A stretch of DNA of 63,464 nt, counting the filler. It is 3 parts of 3 records of this genome, joined end to end, with 100 filler letters (N's around TTAATTAATTAA, not from the genome) between each part and the next. Parts side by side here need not be neighbours in the genome. Positions count along the whole stretch, not along the records: positions 51,310 to 63,464 come from SRR20825010_857; 2 more parts are not named here. One strand, written 5' to 3'. Both the position numbers and the translations under genes were made by a program. A model generated the notes under the pieces. The model had not been told where the DNA came from, did not search any database, and saw nothing but the letters and a program-made list of their open reading frames with translations. Shown here in pieces: positions 53,148 to 63,394 of the stretch (the stretch's first letter is position 1; every line of letters starts with the position of its first letter).

Positions 53148-55094
53148 TTAAGCTGCCCGGACCGATTGCAGGAAGTCCTTGATGCGCTGACCGAGCGTGG
53201 AAGACTTTTCGTTCATCTCCGACGAGGCGCCCAGCACGTCGCCGGCCATGCGGCTGGTGTTTCGCGATGCCTCGCCGACGAAGGTGACATTCTGGCTGAC
53301 TTCCTGCGCTGCGGCCGCGACATCCTCGATATTCCGGGAAATATCCTGAGTGGCAGCGTTCTGCTCCTCGACCGCGGCCGCGATGGAGCCGGTGATGTTC
53401 TCCATTTCCTCGACCTTGAGAACGATGGAACGGATAGCCTCGACCGCGCCGGAGGTACGCTCCTGGATCGCGCCGATCTGGGCCGCGATATCTTCCGTGG
53501 CCTTGCCGGTCTGACCGGCAAGGTTCTTTACCTCCGAGGCCACCACTGCGAAGCCCTTACCTGCTTCGCCTGCGCGGGCGGACTCGATAGTCGCGTTCAG
53601 GGCCAGCAAATTGGTCTGTTCCGCAATCTCGCGGATCAGGGTGACGATTTCGCCGATCCGGCTGGCGGTTTCGCTGAGCGCGTCGATCACGGTGGAGGTT
53701 TCGCCTGCCTGCCGTGCCGCTTCATTGGCGACGGCGGTCGCGTTGGCGACCTGCGAGGATATTTCCGCGATCGAGGCGGACAGTTCCGTGGTGGCCGTGG
53801 CGACGGTCTGCACGTTCGCCGTGGTTTCTTCGGTGGCGCTGGCAACGGCGGTCGCCCGGTTGCCGGAATCCGCGGCGGTCTCGGTCATTTCCTCTGATGT
53901 GCTTTGCAGCGTGGCGGCGGCTGCGGAGAGGGCTTCGAGCAATTTTCCGACATCGCCATCGAACGAACTGGTCAGGGCATCCACATCGCTTGCCCGCTGC
54001 AGTTCCTGTTGTTGCCTGGCCTGGGATTCGGCTTGCAACTGGTCGTTTCTGATCATGTTGTCCTTGAAGACCTGGACCGCCTGCGCCATCTCGGCGATCT
54101 CGTCCTTGCCTCGTATTGGCACCTCGATCGTCTTGTCACCTTCCGCCAGTTTCAGCATCTGGGCAGACAGCGCTCCGACCGGGCGGCTGATGGATCGACC
54201 TACGAGCTGGGCGATGGCGAGACAGGCAATGGCGATTACCAGGATGAGGGCGGATGTGACGATCACGGTTTGCCTGTTCGCCGCGGCGACGCTCGTCATT
54301 TCGGATTCATAGGATGCCAAAACATTTTCTTCGAGCTTGGCAAGTACCGGTTCCGCCTGAGCATAGATGTCAGACATGATCGCGGTTTGCTCATTGATGC
54401 CAAGCGACAGATCCGTGAAGGCAGCAAAATTCGTCTTGTAGGTTTTCAGGGTGTTTAGGATGTCGGACTTGATCGCTGCGTCCAGCTCCTTGGTTTCGAG
54501 AATTTTGCCGAATTCGTTGATCCGGTCATTCAGCCGTCCGATATATTTAGGGTCCTTGCGGATGATGAAATCTTTCTCGTGTCGCCGCATCATCAGCAGC
54601 TTCACCATAAGATCGTCGGTCGCATGCTGATGGATCAGTTCTTCCGCATTGTGAACGGCGCTCCGCAGTTCGCCCCGCAGGCCGGAATTTTCGTCCAGCC
54701 CCATGCGACTCCAGTTGTCCACGACGATTTTGAATTGTGCGTTGTACGCATCGTATTCCGCCGTCATCTGCTTCAGGAGATCGAGGTCCTGTCCTGATAG
54801 GTCTGGCATCAGGGTGTCGACAGTCGTGTGGATCTTGGCGGAAACCTGACTGTGTTTCTCGACATAGGCGGGATCAAAACGGAGCAGGAAATCCTTTTCC
54901 CGGCGCCGGGCATTCAGAAAAAGCATGGAGAGGGACGTGATTTTCTCCATGCGCTCAAGCGCGGCCTGTTGCCGTTCCGCATTTGCCGACCGGACTGATT
55001 GCTCCCAAAACAGGATACCGCCGATGGCAAAAAAGCCGATCAGGGCGATGATGCTGATCAATTGAACGCGCTGAGAAATCTTAAACTGGTTCAT
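53148..55094 (-). CDS. methyl-accepting chemotaxis protein
   Basis: Two TM segments, HAMP ([10 protein letters not shown]), [37 protein letters not shown]. Confidence 0.95.
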   Translation of the reverse strand: MNQFKISQRVQLISIIALIGFFAIGGILFWEQSVRSANAERQQAALERMEKITSLSMLFLNARRREKDFLLRFDPAYVEKHSQVSAKIHTTVDTLMPDLSGQDLDLLKQMTAEYDAYNAQFKIVVDNWSRMGLDENSGLRGELRSAVHNAEELIHQHATDDLMVKLLMMRRHEKDFIIRKDPKYIGRLNDRINEFGKILETKELDAAIKSDILNTLKTYKTNFAAFTDLSLGINEQTAIMSDIYAQAEPVLAKLEENVLASYESEMTSVAAANRQTVIVTSALILVIAIACLAIAQLVGRSISRPVGALSAQMLKLAEGDKTIEVPIRGKDEIAEMAQAVQVFKDNMIRNDQLQAESQARQQQELQRASDVDALTSSFDGDVGKLLEALSAAAATLQSTSEEMTETAADSGNRATAVASATEETTANVQTVATATTELSASIAEISSQVANATAVANEAARQAGETSTVIDALSETASRIGEIVTLIREIAEQTNLLALNATIESARAGEAGKGFAVVASEVKNLAGQTGKATEDIAAQIGAIQERTSGAVEAIRSIVLKVEEMENITGSIAAAVEEQNAATQDISRNIEDVAAAAQEVSQNVTFVGEASRNTSRMAGDVLGASSEMNEKSSTLGQRIKDFLQSVRAA

Positions 55095-55165
55095 CCCGAA
55101 TCCCCGCTCCCTATGGCGCGTTCACGGTAGGACGCGCAAGCCGTGGGTGATGGTCGCAGGGATTC

Positions 55166-55181
55166 GTTAATAAAAAATTAT
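55166..55181 (-). promoter_or_regulatory. candidate CtrA box upstream of the MCP gene
   Basis: ATAA-N7-TTAAC on the minus strand, one mismatch to TTAA-N7-TTAA. Confidence 0.4.
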
Positions 55182-55244
55182 GCTAAATACCGCGTAGTAA
55201 TTGCGGGTTTAGTTGCGGCCCTCTCTTCAAAGGGGACGGCGGGA

Positions 55245-56048
55245 TCAGGCTTTCGTCGCGTCCCGGAGCACCTTCAGGAGCTTGCCGTGAACCTGATCGT
55301 TGGCGGCGACGACCTCGCCGGTTTCCAGAGCCTTGTCGCGGTTCCGGTAATCGGTGCAATAGCCGCCCGCTTCCTTCACGATCAGCAGGCCGGCGGCGAC
55401 ATCCCACGGGCTGAGGCCACGTTCCCAATAGCCGTCGTAGCGGCCAGCCGCGACATAGGCGAGGTCGAGCGCGGCGGCGCCGAGACGGCGTACCGAAGAG
55501 CAACGGGTCATCACCGCTTCAAGCTGCTTCAGGTAGAAGGCGTGATCGGTGCCGCGCAGGGTCGGGATGCCGGTGGCGAAGACACTGTCCTCGAGATTCC
55601 GGCGTGCCGAAACGCGCAGGCGGCGGTCGTTCAGGTACGCGCCCTTGCCCTTTTCGGCCCAGAACAGCTCGTCCCGGGTCGGCTCGTAGATCACGGCGGA
55701 GACGATCTCGCCGGCTTCCTCGAGCGCGATGGAAATCGCGAAATGCGGGATGCCGTGCAGGAAGTTCGTGGTGCCGTCCAGCGGGTCGATGATCCAGCGC
55801 CGTTTCAACTCGTCCCTGCTTTCGATCTCGCTGCCTTCCTCAAGCAGGAAACCGTAATCGCGCCGGGCATATTTCAGCTCGTCGACGATGGTTTTTTCCG
55901 CTGCGGTATCGGCGTTGGAGACGAAGTCGGCCGGGCCCTTTTTTGAGACCTGAAGCTGCTCGACCTCGTTGAAGTCGTGCAGCAGTTGGCGGGTCGCCTT
56001 CATGGCGGCCTTCACCATCACGTTGATTGCGGGCGAACGGGTCGCCAT
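55245..56048 (-). CDS. suhB: inositol monophosphatase family protein SuhB
   Basis: IDPLDGTTNFLHG, AALDLAYVAAGR and WDVAAG motifs; orthologue of 5363-6172. Confidence 0.93.
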   Translation of the reverse strand: MATRSPAINVMVKAAMKATRQLLHDFNEVEQLQVSKKGPADFVSNADTAAEKTIVDELKYARRDYGFLLEEGSEIESRDELKRRWIIDPLDGTTNFLHGIPHFAISIALEEAGEIVSAVIYEPTRDELFWAEKGKGAYLNDRRLRVSARRNLEDSVFATGIPTLRGTDHAFYLKQLEAVMTRCSSVRRLGAAALDLAYVAAGRYDGYWERGLSPWDVAAGLLIVKEAGGYCTDYRNRDKALETGEVVAANDQVHGKLLKVLRDATKA

Positions 56049-56119
56049 GGTCTCTCCAGTTCAAACAAAATATCGGCGGTGCCGGCTATCCCGACATCCA
56101 GTCTTGGTTTCGGCCAGTC

Positions 56120-56686
56120 TTAGTCTTTGGCGCGCTCGACGTAGGTGCTGTCTTCAGTGCGCACGACGACGCGAATACCGGTCCCGATATGCGGCGGCAC
56201 CAGGATCTTCACGCCGTTTTCCAGCACAGCCGGCTTGTAGGAAGAGGATGCGGTCTGTCCCTTCACCACGGCGTCGGCCTCGACGATCTCGAGCACGACG
56301 GTTTCCGGCATCTGCACGGAAAGCGGCTCGCCTTCGTGGCTTTCGATCTGCACTTCCATGCCGTCCTGCAGGAACACCACGTTCTCGCCGAGCAGGTTTT
56401 TGTCGATCTGGGTCTGCTCGTAGGTCTCGTTATCCATGAAGGTCAGCAGCGCGTCTTCGGCGAAAAGAAACTGTGCCGACCGCTGCTCCAGACGCACCCG
56501 CTCGACCTGCTCGTCGGCACGGAACCGCTCGTTAAGCTTGGTGCCGGACCGGATGTCCTTCAGCTCAACCTGATTGAAGGCGCCGCCCTTGCCGGGTTTC
56601 ACGGCCTGGGTCTTCATGGCGACCCAGAGGCGGTCCTTGTGTTCGATGACATTACCGATGCGGATGGCGTTACCGTTGATTTTCAT
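56120..56686 (-). CDS. efp: elongation factor P
   Basis: MKINGN, PGKGGAF and [12 protein letters not shown] motifs. Confidence 0.97.
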   Translation of the reverse strand: MKINGNAIRIGNVIEHKDRLWVAMKTQAVKPGKGGAFNQVELKDIRSGTKLNERFRADEQVERVRLEQRSAQFLFAEDALLTFMDNETYEQTQIDKNLLGENVVFLQDGMEVQIESHEGEPLSVQMPETVVLEIVEADAVVKGQTASSSYKPAVLENGVKILVPPHIGTGIRVVVRTEDSTYVERAKD

Positions 56687-56984
56687 GTCTCTGTCCGTCG
56701 AGCAGTAGAAATGGCGACGCCGCACGGGATCCGCGCGTGCGTTCTTGAATAGTGGTGCGGCGCGCTTTTATCAGGTTGCGTTCCTGAAGTCTATTGGTGG
56801 AGCACCGGTCTGCGATGCATGGCTGGTCTTCCACCTTGCGTTCCCCGCTATGGTGGGACAGCCCTCTTAAGAGGAGAGTCTTGCGACTGGAGCGCGAAAA
56901 ATAGACCGGTGTTAATCGTCTGATAAGGAATTTTGGACAAGGTGGTTATTTAGCATTTGATTTAAATTAAACCGCAAGAAGAAC

Positions 56985-58874
56985 ATGGACATGAGCGCAG
57001 TCGATATGCCTGCAGGTTCAGCGACGCCGTTCAGCTTGAGGCTGTTCGGGCTTACGTTTCTTGTCTTGTCTACTGTGTTCTGCGCCATCTGGTCCGTCTC
57101 GCTTTATCTTGCCGAATGGGAAGACAACCAGCGGCAGCACGTTGCGGCGGCAGACGCCGTTCAGGCCCAGCGCGAGGTTGTGGAAGAGGCGCTGAATGCC
57201 TTCTCCACGGATCTCAGGGTTGCAGCCGGACTGCAGTCACTGCGCCGTTTTGTGTCGGGAGATACGCATTTTCTCGATACGGTGACTGCCGATTTCAGGC
57301 TGTTCGCGGATGAAAATGCCCTGATCGCGCAGCTGCGCTTCATCGACCGTGAGGGTGTTGAGCAGATCCGTATCGACCGTTGGCCGCGGCAGCGATCGAT
57401 TTTTGTGGTGACTGAACTGCAGAACAAGGCGCTGCGCTATTACTTCACGAAGTCCATCGGTTTGCCGAAGGGCGGGCTTTATGTGTCCGCGATGGATCTC
57501 AATGTCGAGTTCGACCGTGTTGAAATCCCCTGGCGACCGATGATCCGGCTGGCAACCCCGGTCTATAGCGACCAGGGGGCTGTTGCCGGGATTGTCGTGA
57601 TGAATCTGGATGTCGAGCGGCTTCTGGCTTCATTCGAGAATGTTCGTTTGCGCGACAATGCCCGGATTCAGCTTCTGAATGCAGACGGTTACTGGCTCGC
57701 GGGAGTGCCCGCCAACAAGCTCTGGGGGTTCATGTTCGGCCGTGAGGACACCATGGCGAAAAGTAACCCCGCGGCCTGGCGCGGCATTACCGCCAGTGAC
57801 GAGGGGGAGGTTGAACTCGAGGGACAGTGGGCCTTCTTCACGACAGTGACCCCGGAAAATGTGGTGCGTCCCGTCGGGCGGGATGTGCCGGTGGCGTCCG
57901 AAGACGCGGCCTGGAAAATTGTGGTTTTTGTTCCCGGCGTGACTTTTTTTGCGCTCTGGAATGCTAATCATCTGCCGGTGGCGATCGCCGGGCTCATTGT
58001 CATCGGGTTGATTTCCTTTGTCCTGTCACAGGCGGTGAGCCAGCGCCGGGAAGCCGAGGCTGCCAATCGCCTCTCCAAGGAGGAGATGGCCCGGTACGAA
58101 CGCATGGCCAGTCTGGGCAGTCTGGTTGCCGGTGTTGCGCATGAACTGAATACGCCGGTCGGAACATCCGTAACCGTCGCAAGCACCCTGTTCGAGAAGA
58201 TGAAAGAGTTCGATGCCGCGGTCACTTCCGGCGAGTTGCGCCGTTCCGTGGTCGATGCATTCCTCACTGACACGCGGGAAGGCATGATGATCATCCTCAA
58301 GGGATTGCGCCAGGCACATGAGCTGATCGGACATTTCAAGCAGGTCGCGGTCGATCAGACGAGTGAGCAGCGCCGGCGCTTTATGCTTAAAGACTTGCTC
58401 AAGGATGTTTCCGCGTCTCTGCAAAGCCAGTTCAGGCATGGCAATATCTCGCTGGAAACAATGGTCGAAACGACTGCGGAAATTGACAGTTTTCCGGGGC
58501 TTCTATCCCAGGTTCTGATAAATCTGGCGGAGAATGCGCGGGTTCATGCATTTGCCGGACGCGAATCCGGTAAGGTCATCGTGCATGCCCGGCAACACGG
58601 GACGGGATATGTTCTGATCGAGGTCAGGGACAATGGCCGTGGTATACCGGCGGATATCATTGACCGGATATTCGAGCCGTTTTTCTCTACCCAGCTTGGC
58701 AAGGGAGGGAGCGGTCTCGGGCTCAGCATAACGTATAATATCGTGACGGCTACGCTGGGCGGCAGCATTCGCGCGAAAAGCGCTCCTGGAGACGGAACGA
58801 CAATGTCTGTCCGTCTCCCGGTTATGGCACCTGCCGCCAGAGAAGGCTTTCTGGGAAGGACGTATGATGTCTGA
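56985..58874 (+). CDS. sensor histidine kinase with Cache-like periplasmic domain
   Basis: Two TM segments; AHELNTP, INLAENA, DNGRG, FEPFFST and GSGLGLS motifs. Confidence 0.92.
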   Translation: MDMSAVDMPAGSATPFSLRLFGLTFLVLSTVFCAIWSVSLYLAEWEDNQRQHVAAADAVQAQREVVEEALNAFSTDLRVAAGLQSLRRFVSGDTHFLDTVTADFRLFADENALIAQLRFIDREGVEQIRIDRWPRQRSIFVVTELQNKALRYYFTKSIGLPKGGLYVSAMDLNVEFDRVEIPWRPMIRLATPVYSDQGAVAGIVVMNLDVERLLASFENVRLRDNARIQLLNADGYWLAGVPANKLWGFMFGREDTMAKSNPAAWRGITASDEGEVELEGQWAFFTTVTPENVVRPVGRDVPVASEDAAWKIVVFVPGVTFFALWNANHLPVAIAGLIVIGLISFVLSQAVSQRREAEAANRLSKEEMARYERMASLGSLVAGVAHELNTPVGTSVTVASTLFEKMKEFDAAVTSGELRRSVVDAFLTDTREGMMIILKGLRQAHELIGHFKQVAVDQTSEQRRRFMLKDLLKDVSASLQSQFRHGNISLETMVETTAEIDSFPGLLSQVLINLAENARVHAFAGRESGKVIVHARQHGTGYVLIEVRDNGRGIPADIIDRIFEPFFSTQLGKGGSGLGLSITYNIVTATLGGSIRAKSAPGDGTTMSVRLPVMAPAAREGFLGRTYDV

Positions 58875-61065
58875 CAGCTTCTCCGATCCTTGGAACGACA
58901 GAATATCCATCGTGGAGGATGGCGACACGGCCAATGTCGAGGGCGAGAGGCAGCCGTGGCGCATTCTTGTCGTTGATGACGAACCGGATGTGCATCAGGC
59001 GACTCTGTTCGCTCTGCGGGATGTGAAAGTCCTCGGCCGTCCACTTGAACTACTACATGCGGAATCGGCAGAGGATGCGATCAAGATGATCGATGATCTG
59101 CATGACGTCGCGGCTGCATTCATCGATGTTGTGATGGAGATGCCGGATTCCGGTCTGGAGCTGGTTCAGCTGTTTCGTCGGGCCGGCCTGTCGAAGATGC
59201 GTATTATCCTGCGGACCGGCCATCCGGGATATGCGCCGGAGCAGTCCGTTATCAATGAATACGAGATCGATGATTATCGTACGAAGGGCGAGCTGACCCG
59301 GGCCCGCTTGCTCACGGTTCTCACCGCGGCGATCCGGTCCTACGACCAGCTTTGCACGATCGATCAAAGCCGCGCCGGTCTGGAGCTGATTGTCGAAAGC
59401 TCCAGCCAGTTGTTTCAGCGCACGAATCTTGAGCTTTTCTCATGCGGCGTGCTGACCCAGATTGCCAGCCTTCTTGGCATCGCCGCTCATGGACTGGTCT
59501 ATGCCTATCCAACCGGTAACGACAAGGAAAGGCATGTCGTCAGCGCAACCGGGCGGTTCGCCAGCCTGATCGGAAAGCCAAGGGAAGAGATCGCGAACCC
59601 GGATATTCGGGAGATAATCGAGACGGCGCCTATTCTGGGGAGTCCGGTGATACGCGATGGCTATATGACACTGCATTTCACGACCGGCGACGGGCGTGGG
59701 CTGATTGTCGTTCTGGAGGCCGGGCGCGATATTACGGAACCCAATCTTGCCTTGCTCAAGTTATTCTCGACCAATATCGCGATCGGGTTTGAAAACCTGA
59801 CCCTGGTCGAAAGGCTTGATGGGCTGGCCTATCTCGATCCCTTTCTCAATGTTCCAAACCTGAATGCGTTTGAGCAAAAACTCCGCACCCATTTCTCGTC
59901 GCCGAAGGGGCCTGTGAGCGTTGCCGTTGCGAATATCGATTCATACCAGTCGATCGTCGCGACTTATGGATTTACTCTTTCCCATCAATATCTCGTTGAT
60001 ATTTATGAAGAGCTGAAAAACAGCAAGACCTATGTCGCCCGTATCGGTGACGGAATATTCGCGGTGCTGGGACGATCGGACGATATTGACGAGAACGTCT
60101 TGCTGGAGGCGTTGACGCGGCCGCGTCTGATCGACGGGGTCGAGATCACGACGAGCGCGACGAGCGCAATCCTTGATCTCGCGGATATAGAGCCGGACCC
60201 GTCCGCCGTCCTGAAAATGGCCAAGTCGGCACTGCAGCATGTCCGGCAGACGGCACGGGGCAAGGTCCTGCGCTATGACCGGAGGATGCGGGCCGAAACC
60301 GACCGGCGGGACTGGCTGCTGGCTGAACTGCGCCGCGTTGCCGGAAGTGGTGAGGGACTTTCCGTTCATCTTCAGCCAAAAGTGGCGTTGCTGACGGGGG
60401 AGGTAAAAGGTGCGGAAGCACTGCTCCGCTGGACCCTTGGAGGGGAAGCTGTATCGCCGGCTGAATTCATTCCGATCGCGGAATCCATCGGTCTCGTGGC
60501 GCCCCTGACGGATTTTGTCATTCAGGAGGTCGGGAAATGGGTCAAGGGGCGGCAACCGGACAGCCCGGTGCCGGTTGCCGTGAACCTCTCCATGGCGGAT
60601 CTGAACCGGCCGGAATTTTCATCCCGTCTGTTGCGGGAAGTGGCCGCCGCGGGGCTAGGGCCGGATGCCGTTGAATTCGAAGTGACGGAAGGCATTGCCA
60701 TGCACAAGGGCGCCTGGGCCCAGACGCAGATCCGGGCACTCGCGGATGAAGGCTTCCGGATCTCGCTTGATGATTTCGGCACGGGCTATTCGTCACTGAG
60801 ACAGTTCGATAGCCTTCCCATCGACATGATCAAGATCGATCGCAGCTTTGTCAGTGCCCTGAAAACCTCAACCGCCCGGGAAAGCCTGGCATCCGTGGTT
60901 CTCGGCATGACGCAGGTGCTTGACGTGGATTGCGTTGCCGAGGGCATCGAGACGGAAGAACAAAAGCAGGCTCTGATCTTCCTTGGCTGCAAGACGGGGC
61001 AAGGCTATCTGCTGGGGTACCCGACGCCGATTGAAGATTTTGATGCGGCTTTTGTTTCAAAGTGA
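58867..61065 (+). CDS. REC-DUF3369-degenerate GGDEF-EAL c-di-GMP phosphodiesterase
   Basis: LVVDDE, IDVVME, LRTGHPG; GDGIF in place of GGDEF; EALLRW, DDFGTGYSS, IKIDRSF, AEGIE and QGYL motifs. Confidence 0.88.
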   Translation: MSDSFSDPWNDRISIVEDGDTANVEGERQPWRILVVDDEPDVHQATLFALRDVKVLGRPLELLHAESAEDAIKMIDDLHDVAAAFIDVVMEMPDSGLELVQLFRRAGLSKMRIILRTGHPGYAPEQSVINEYEIDDYRTKGELTRARLLTVLTAAIRSYDQLCTIDQSRAGLELIVESSSQLFQRTNLELFSCGVLTQIASLLGIAAHGLVYAYPTGNDKERHVVSATGRFASLIGKPREEIANPDIREIIETAPILGSPVIRDGYMTLHFTTGDGRGLIVVLEAGRDITEPNLALLKLFSTNIAIGFENLTLVERLDGLAYLDPFLNVPNLNAFEQKLRTHFSSPKGPVSVAVANIDSYQSIVATYGFTLSHQYLVDIYEELKNSKTYVARIGDGIFAVLGRSDDIDENVLLEALTRPRLIDGVEITTSATSAILDLADIEPDPSAVLKMAKSALQHVRQTARGKVLRYDRRMRAETDRRDWLLAELRRVAGSGEGLSVHLQPKVALLTGEVKGAEALLRWTLGGEAVSPAEFIPIAESIGLVAPLTDFVIQEVGKWVKGRQPDSPVPVAVNLSMADLNRPEFSSRLLREVAAAGLGPDAVEFEVTEGIAMHKGAWAQTQIRALADEGFRISLDDFGTGYSSLRQFDSLPIDMIKIDRSFVSALKTSTARESLASVVLGMTQVLDVDCVAEGIETEEQKQALIFLGCKTGQGYLLGYPTPIEDFDAAFVSK

Positions 61066-61175
61066 TGCTCGCTGCCTGATGTTTGTATCAGGTTGCGTGG
61101 GGACCGGTTCGAAAAGGACGGCGATGACGGTATGCTGATTGGCCATGTTGCCGGAGTTCGGGATGTTAGCGGATC

Positions 61176-61718
61176 ATGCCGAAGACGATTGAGACGGAGC
61201 GTGTCAGGCTTGTCGAATGGGATGAGTGCCATCTTGAGGCATTTGCAAATCTACATGCAGATCCGGAGGTCATGGCCGATCTCGGTGGTCCCGTTGACCG
61301 GGAGGAAAGCCGTCGCAAGTTTGATCGCTACCGGACGGCCTTGAGTGAGTATGGCGTTTCCCGTTGGGCCGTGGAGCACAAAGACGGTGTTTTCCTTGGT
61401 TACGCGGGTGTGATGCCGCGCATGGCGCCGGGTCATCCCCTCGGGCGGCATTTCGAGATCGGCTGGCGTCTCGCCCGCTCAGCCTGGGGATCTGGATATG
61501 CGACGGAAAGCGCCAGAGCGGCTCTCACTCATGCCGTTGATGTCGTCGGCCTGACGGAAATCCTGTCCTACACGAGCGCCGAGAATTTTCGATCCCAAGC
61601 TGTCATCGTCAAGCTTGACCTAAAGCGCCGACCGTCTCTCGATTTTGTCCTGAAATATCAGAAGGTTGGCGATTGGCACGGTATGGTGTGGAGCTTTGAG
61701 GCTCACGCGAGCAAGTAA
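61176..61718 (+). CDS. GNAT/RimJ-family N-acetyltransferase
   Basis: IETERVRL, DPEVM, EIGWRL, WGSGYATESA and NFRSQAV motifs. Confidence 0.9.
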   Translation: MPKTIETERVRLVEWDECHLEAFANLHADPEVMADLGGPVDREESRRKFDRYRTALSEYGVSRWAVEHKDGVFLGYAGVMPRMAPGHPLGRHFEIGWRLARSAWGSGYATESARAALTHAVDVVGLTEILSYTSAENFRSQAVIVKLDLKRRPSLDFVLKYQKVGDWHGMVWSFEAHASK

Positions 61719-61720
61719 GC

Positions 61721-62362
61721 TTAAGCGGGGGCCATCAACGCGTTAAACGCCTTCACCGCCGCAGCCGGTCCTTCCGGGTGCTTCCACACAGCTGTGATCA
61801 CGCAGAGGAAATCCGCCCCCGCGTCGATCAGCGGTTGTGCGTTTTCCAGGTTGATACCGCCGATGGCGACGCAGGGGATGGTGGAGATAGCGGCCCAGCT
61901 TTGCAGCGTCTCGAGCTCGGCGTAGTGCGTGATCTCTTTTGTGTTTGTCGGGTAGAAGGCGCCGAAGGCGACGTAATCGGCACCGGCTTCCGCCGCTTCC
62001 ATCGCCAGGTGGGCGGAGTTGTGGCAGGTCACGCCGATCATGGCTTCGTCGCCGAGGATCCGGCGGGCTTCGGCATAGGGGGTGTCCTGCTGGCCGACAT
62101 GGGCGCCGTCGCAGCCTGTGAGGAGCGCGAGGTCCGGGCGGTCATTCATAAGCAAAGGCACGCCGCGTTCGTGGCAAACCGGCAGCAGGGCTTCAGCGGC
62201 CCGCTTGATCTCATCGTCGGAGACATCTTTCAGCCGGAGCTGCAGGCAGGCGACCGGTCCGGCATCAAGGGCGGCGGCAAGATCTCCGGCAAAAGCATCG
62301 ATCTCGATCTTTGGCGGAGTGATCAGGTAAAGCTCGCAGCTCGGCTCGGATTTAGCGGACAT
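61721..62362 (-). CDS. thiE: thiamine-phosphate synthase
   Basis: LYLITP, QLRLK, MNDRPD, HVGQQD, PTNTK and AIGGI motifs; orthologue of 2808-3452. Confidence 0.88.
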   Translation of the reverse strand: MSAKSEPSCELYLITPPKIEIDAFAGDLAAALDAGPVACLQLRLKDVSDDEIKRAAEALLPVCHERGVPLLMNDRPDLALLTGCDGAHVGQQDTPYAEARRILGDEAMIGVTCHNSAHLAMEAAEAGADYVAFGAFYPTNTKEITHYAELETLQSWAAISTIPCVAIGGINLENAQPLIDAGADFLCVITAVWKHPEGPAAAVKAFNALMAPA

Positions 62363-62381
62363 CTTTTTTGCCTCTGATATG

Positions 62382-62412
62382 AAAACGGCGCCCGCCCTTG
62401 CGAGCGGGCGCC
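62382..62412 (-). terminator. terminator after fbaB
   Basis: CGGCGCCCGC/GCGGGCGCCG stem with TTTT on the minus strand. Confidence 0.7.
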
Positions 62413-62437
62413 GCGTCTAAGCGGTATGGGGCGAGGT

Positions 62438-63367
62438 TTACGCCTTGCCCTTGTAGATGTCGATGATGGTGTTCAGCATCGCCATGGCTTCCTCGCGCGG
62501 ACGCTGGAAGGTGTTGCGGCCGATGATGGAGCCGTTGGCCCCGCCGTCGCGCAGACCGCGGATCTCGTTGTAGAGACCGTCCAGGTCCTTCGCTTCGCCG
62601 CCGGAGAAGACGACGATGCGGCGGCCGTTGAAGCAGGACTGCACAACATGTTCGATGCGCTCGGCCATGGTGCCGATGGCGATCTTGTTGGCTTCGTAGG
62701 ACTTCTTGGCGGCGTCCAGCTCAAGATGCTCGGTCGGCGGCTTCACCTTGATGATATGGGCGCCGAGCAGGGCGGCCATGTGGGCGGCATAGGCGCAGAT
62801 ATCGACTGCCGTTTCGCCCTTCTTGGTGAGATCGCCACCGCGCGGATAGGACCAGACCACGACCGCGAGGCCGTATGCCTTGGCTTCTTCCGCCATCTCG
62901 CGAATCTGCCCCATCATCTCGAAGGCATTGTCGGAGCCCGGATAGATGGTGAAGCCGATGGCGGAGCAGCCGAGACGCACGGCTTCCTGCACGGAGCCGG
63001 TGATCGCCTGGCTCGGTCCGTCCTTGTCGCGGGCGAGGCTGTTGGAGCTGTTCACCTTCATGATCGTCGGGATCTGACCCGCGAAGGTGTCGGCACCGGC
63101 CTCGATCATGCCGAGCGGAGCGGCATAAGCGGAGAGACCGGCATCGATTGCCAGCTTGAAATGGTAGTGCGGATCATAGGCATCCGGGTTCGGCGCGAAG
63201 CTGCGGGCCGGGCCGTGCTCGAAGCCCTGGTCGACCGGCAGGATCACGAGCTTGCCGGTGCCGCCGAGCTTGCCCTGCATCAGGATGCGGGCGAGGTTGG
63301 CCTTGGTGCCTGGGCAATCGCTTTCGTAATTGTCGAGGATACGCTTGACGCGTTGGGTGATTTTCAT
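62438..63367 (-). CDS. fbaB: class I (DhnA/FbaB-type) fructose-bisphosphate aldolase
   Basis: LPVDQGFEHGP, WSYPRG, AHIIKVK (Schiff-base Lys), FSGG and IIGRNTFQR motifs. Confidence 0.93.
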   Translation of the reverse strand: MKITQRVKRILDNYESDCPGTKANLARILMQGKLGGTGKLVILPVDQGFEHGPARSFAPNPDAYDPHYHFKLAIDAGLSAYAAPLGMIEAGADTFAGQIPTIMKVNSSNSLARDKDGPSQAITGSVQEAVRLGCSAIGFTIYPGSDNAFEMMGQIREMAEEAKAYGLAVVVWSYPRGGDLTKKGETAVDICAYAAHMAALLGAHIIKVKPPTEHLELDAAKKSYEANKIAIGTMAERIEHVVQSCFNGRRIVVFSGGEAKDLDGLYNEIRGLRDGGANGSIIGRNTFQRPREEAMAMLNTIIDIYKGKA

Positions 63368-63394
63368 CGCCTTCGGTCCTTCTCTCTCAGGTCT

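Noticed and set aside
53076-55946. Long antisense ORFs (53076-53897, 55143-55946; also 52024-52734, 56027-56752, 25679-26545, 23452-24153, 15195-15824)
   Set aside because: They lie opposite well-supported genes, have no recognisable motifs and are expected shadows of GC-rich codon usage
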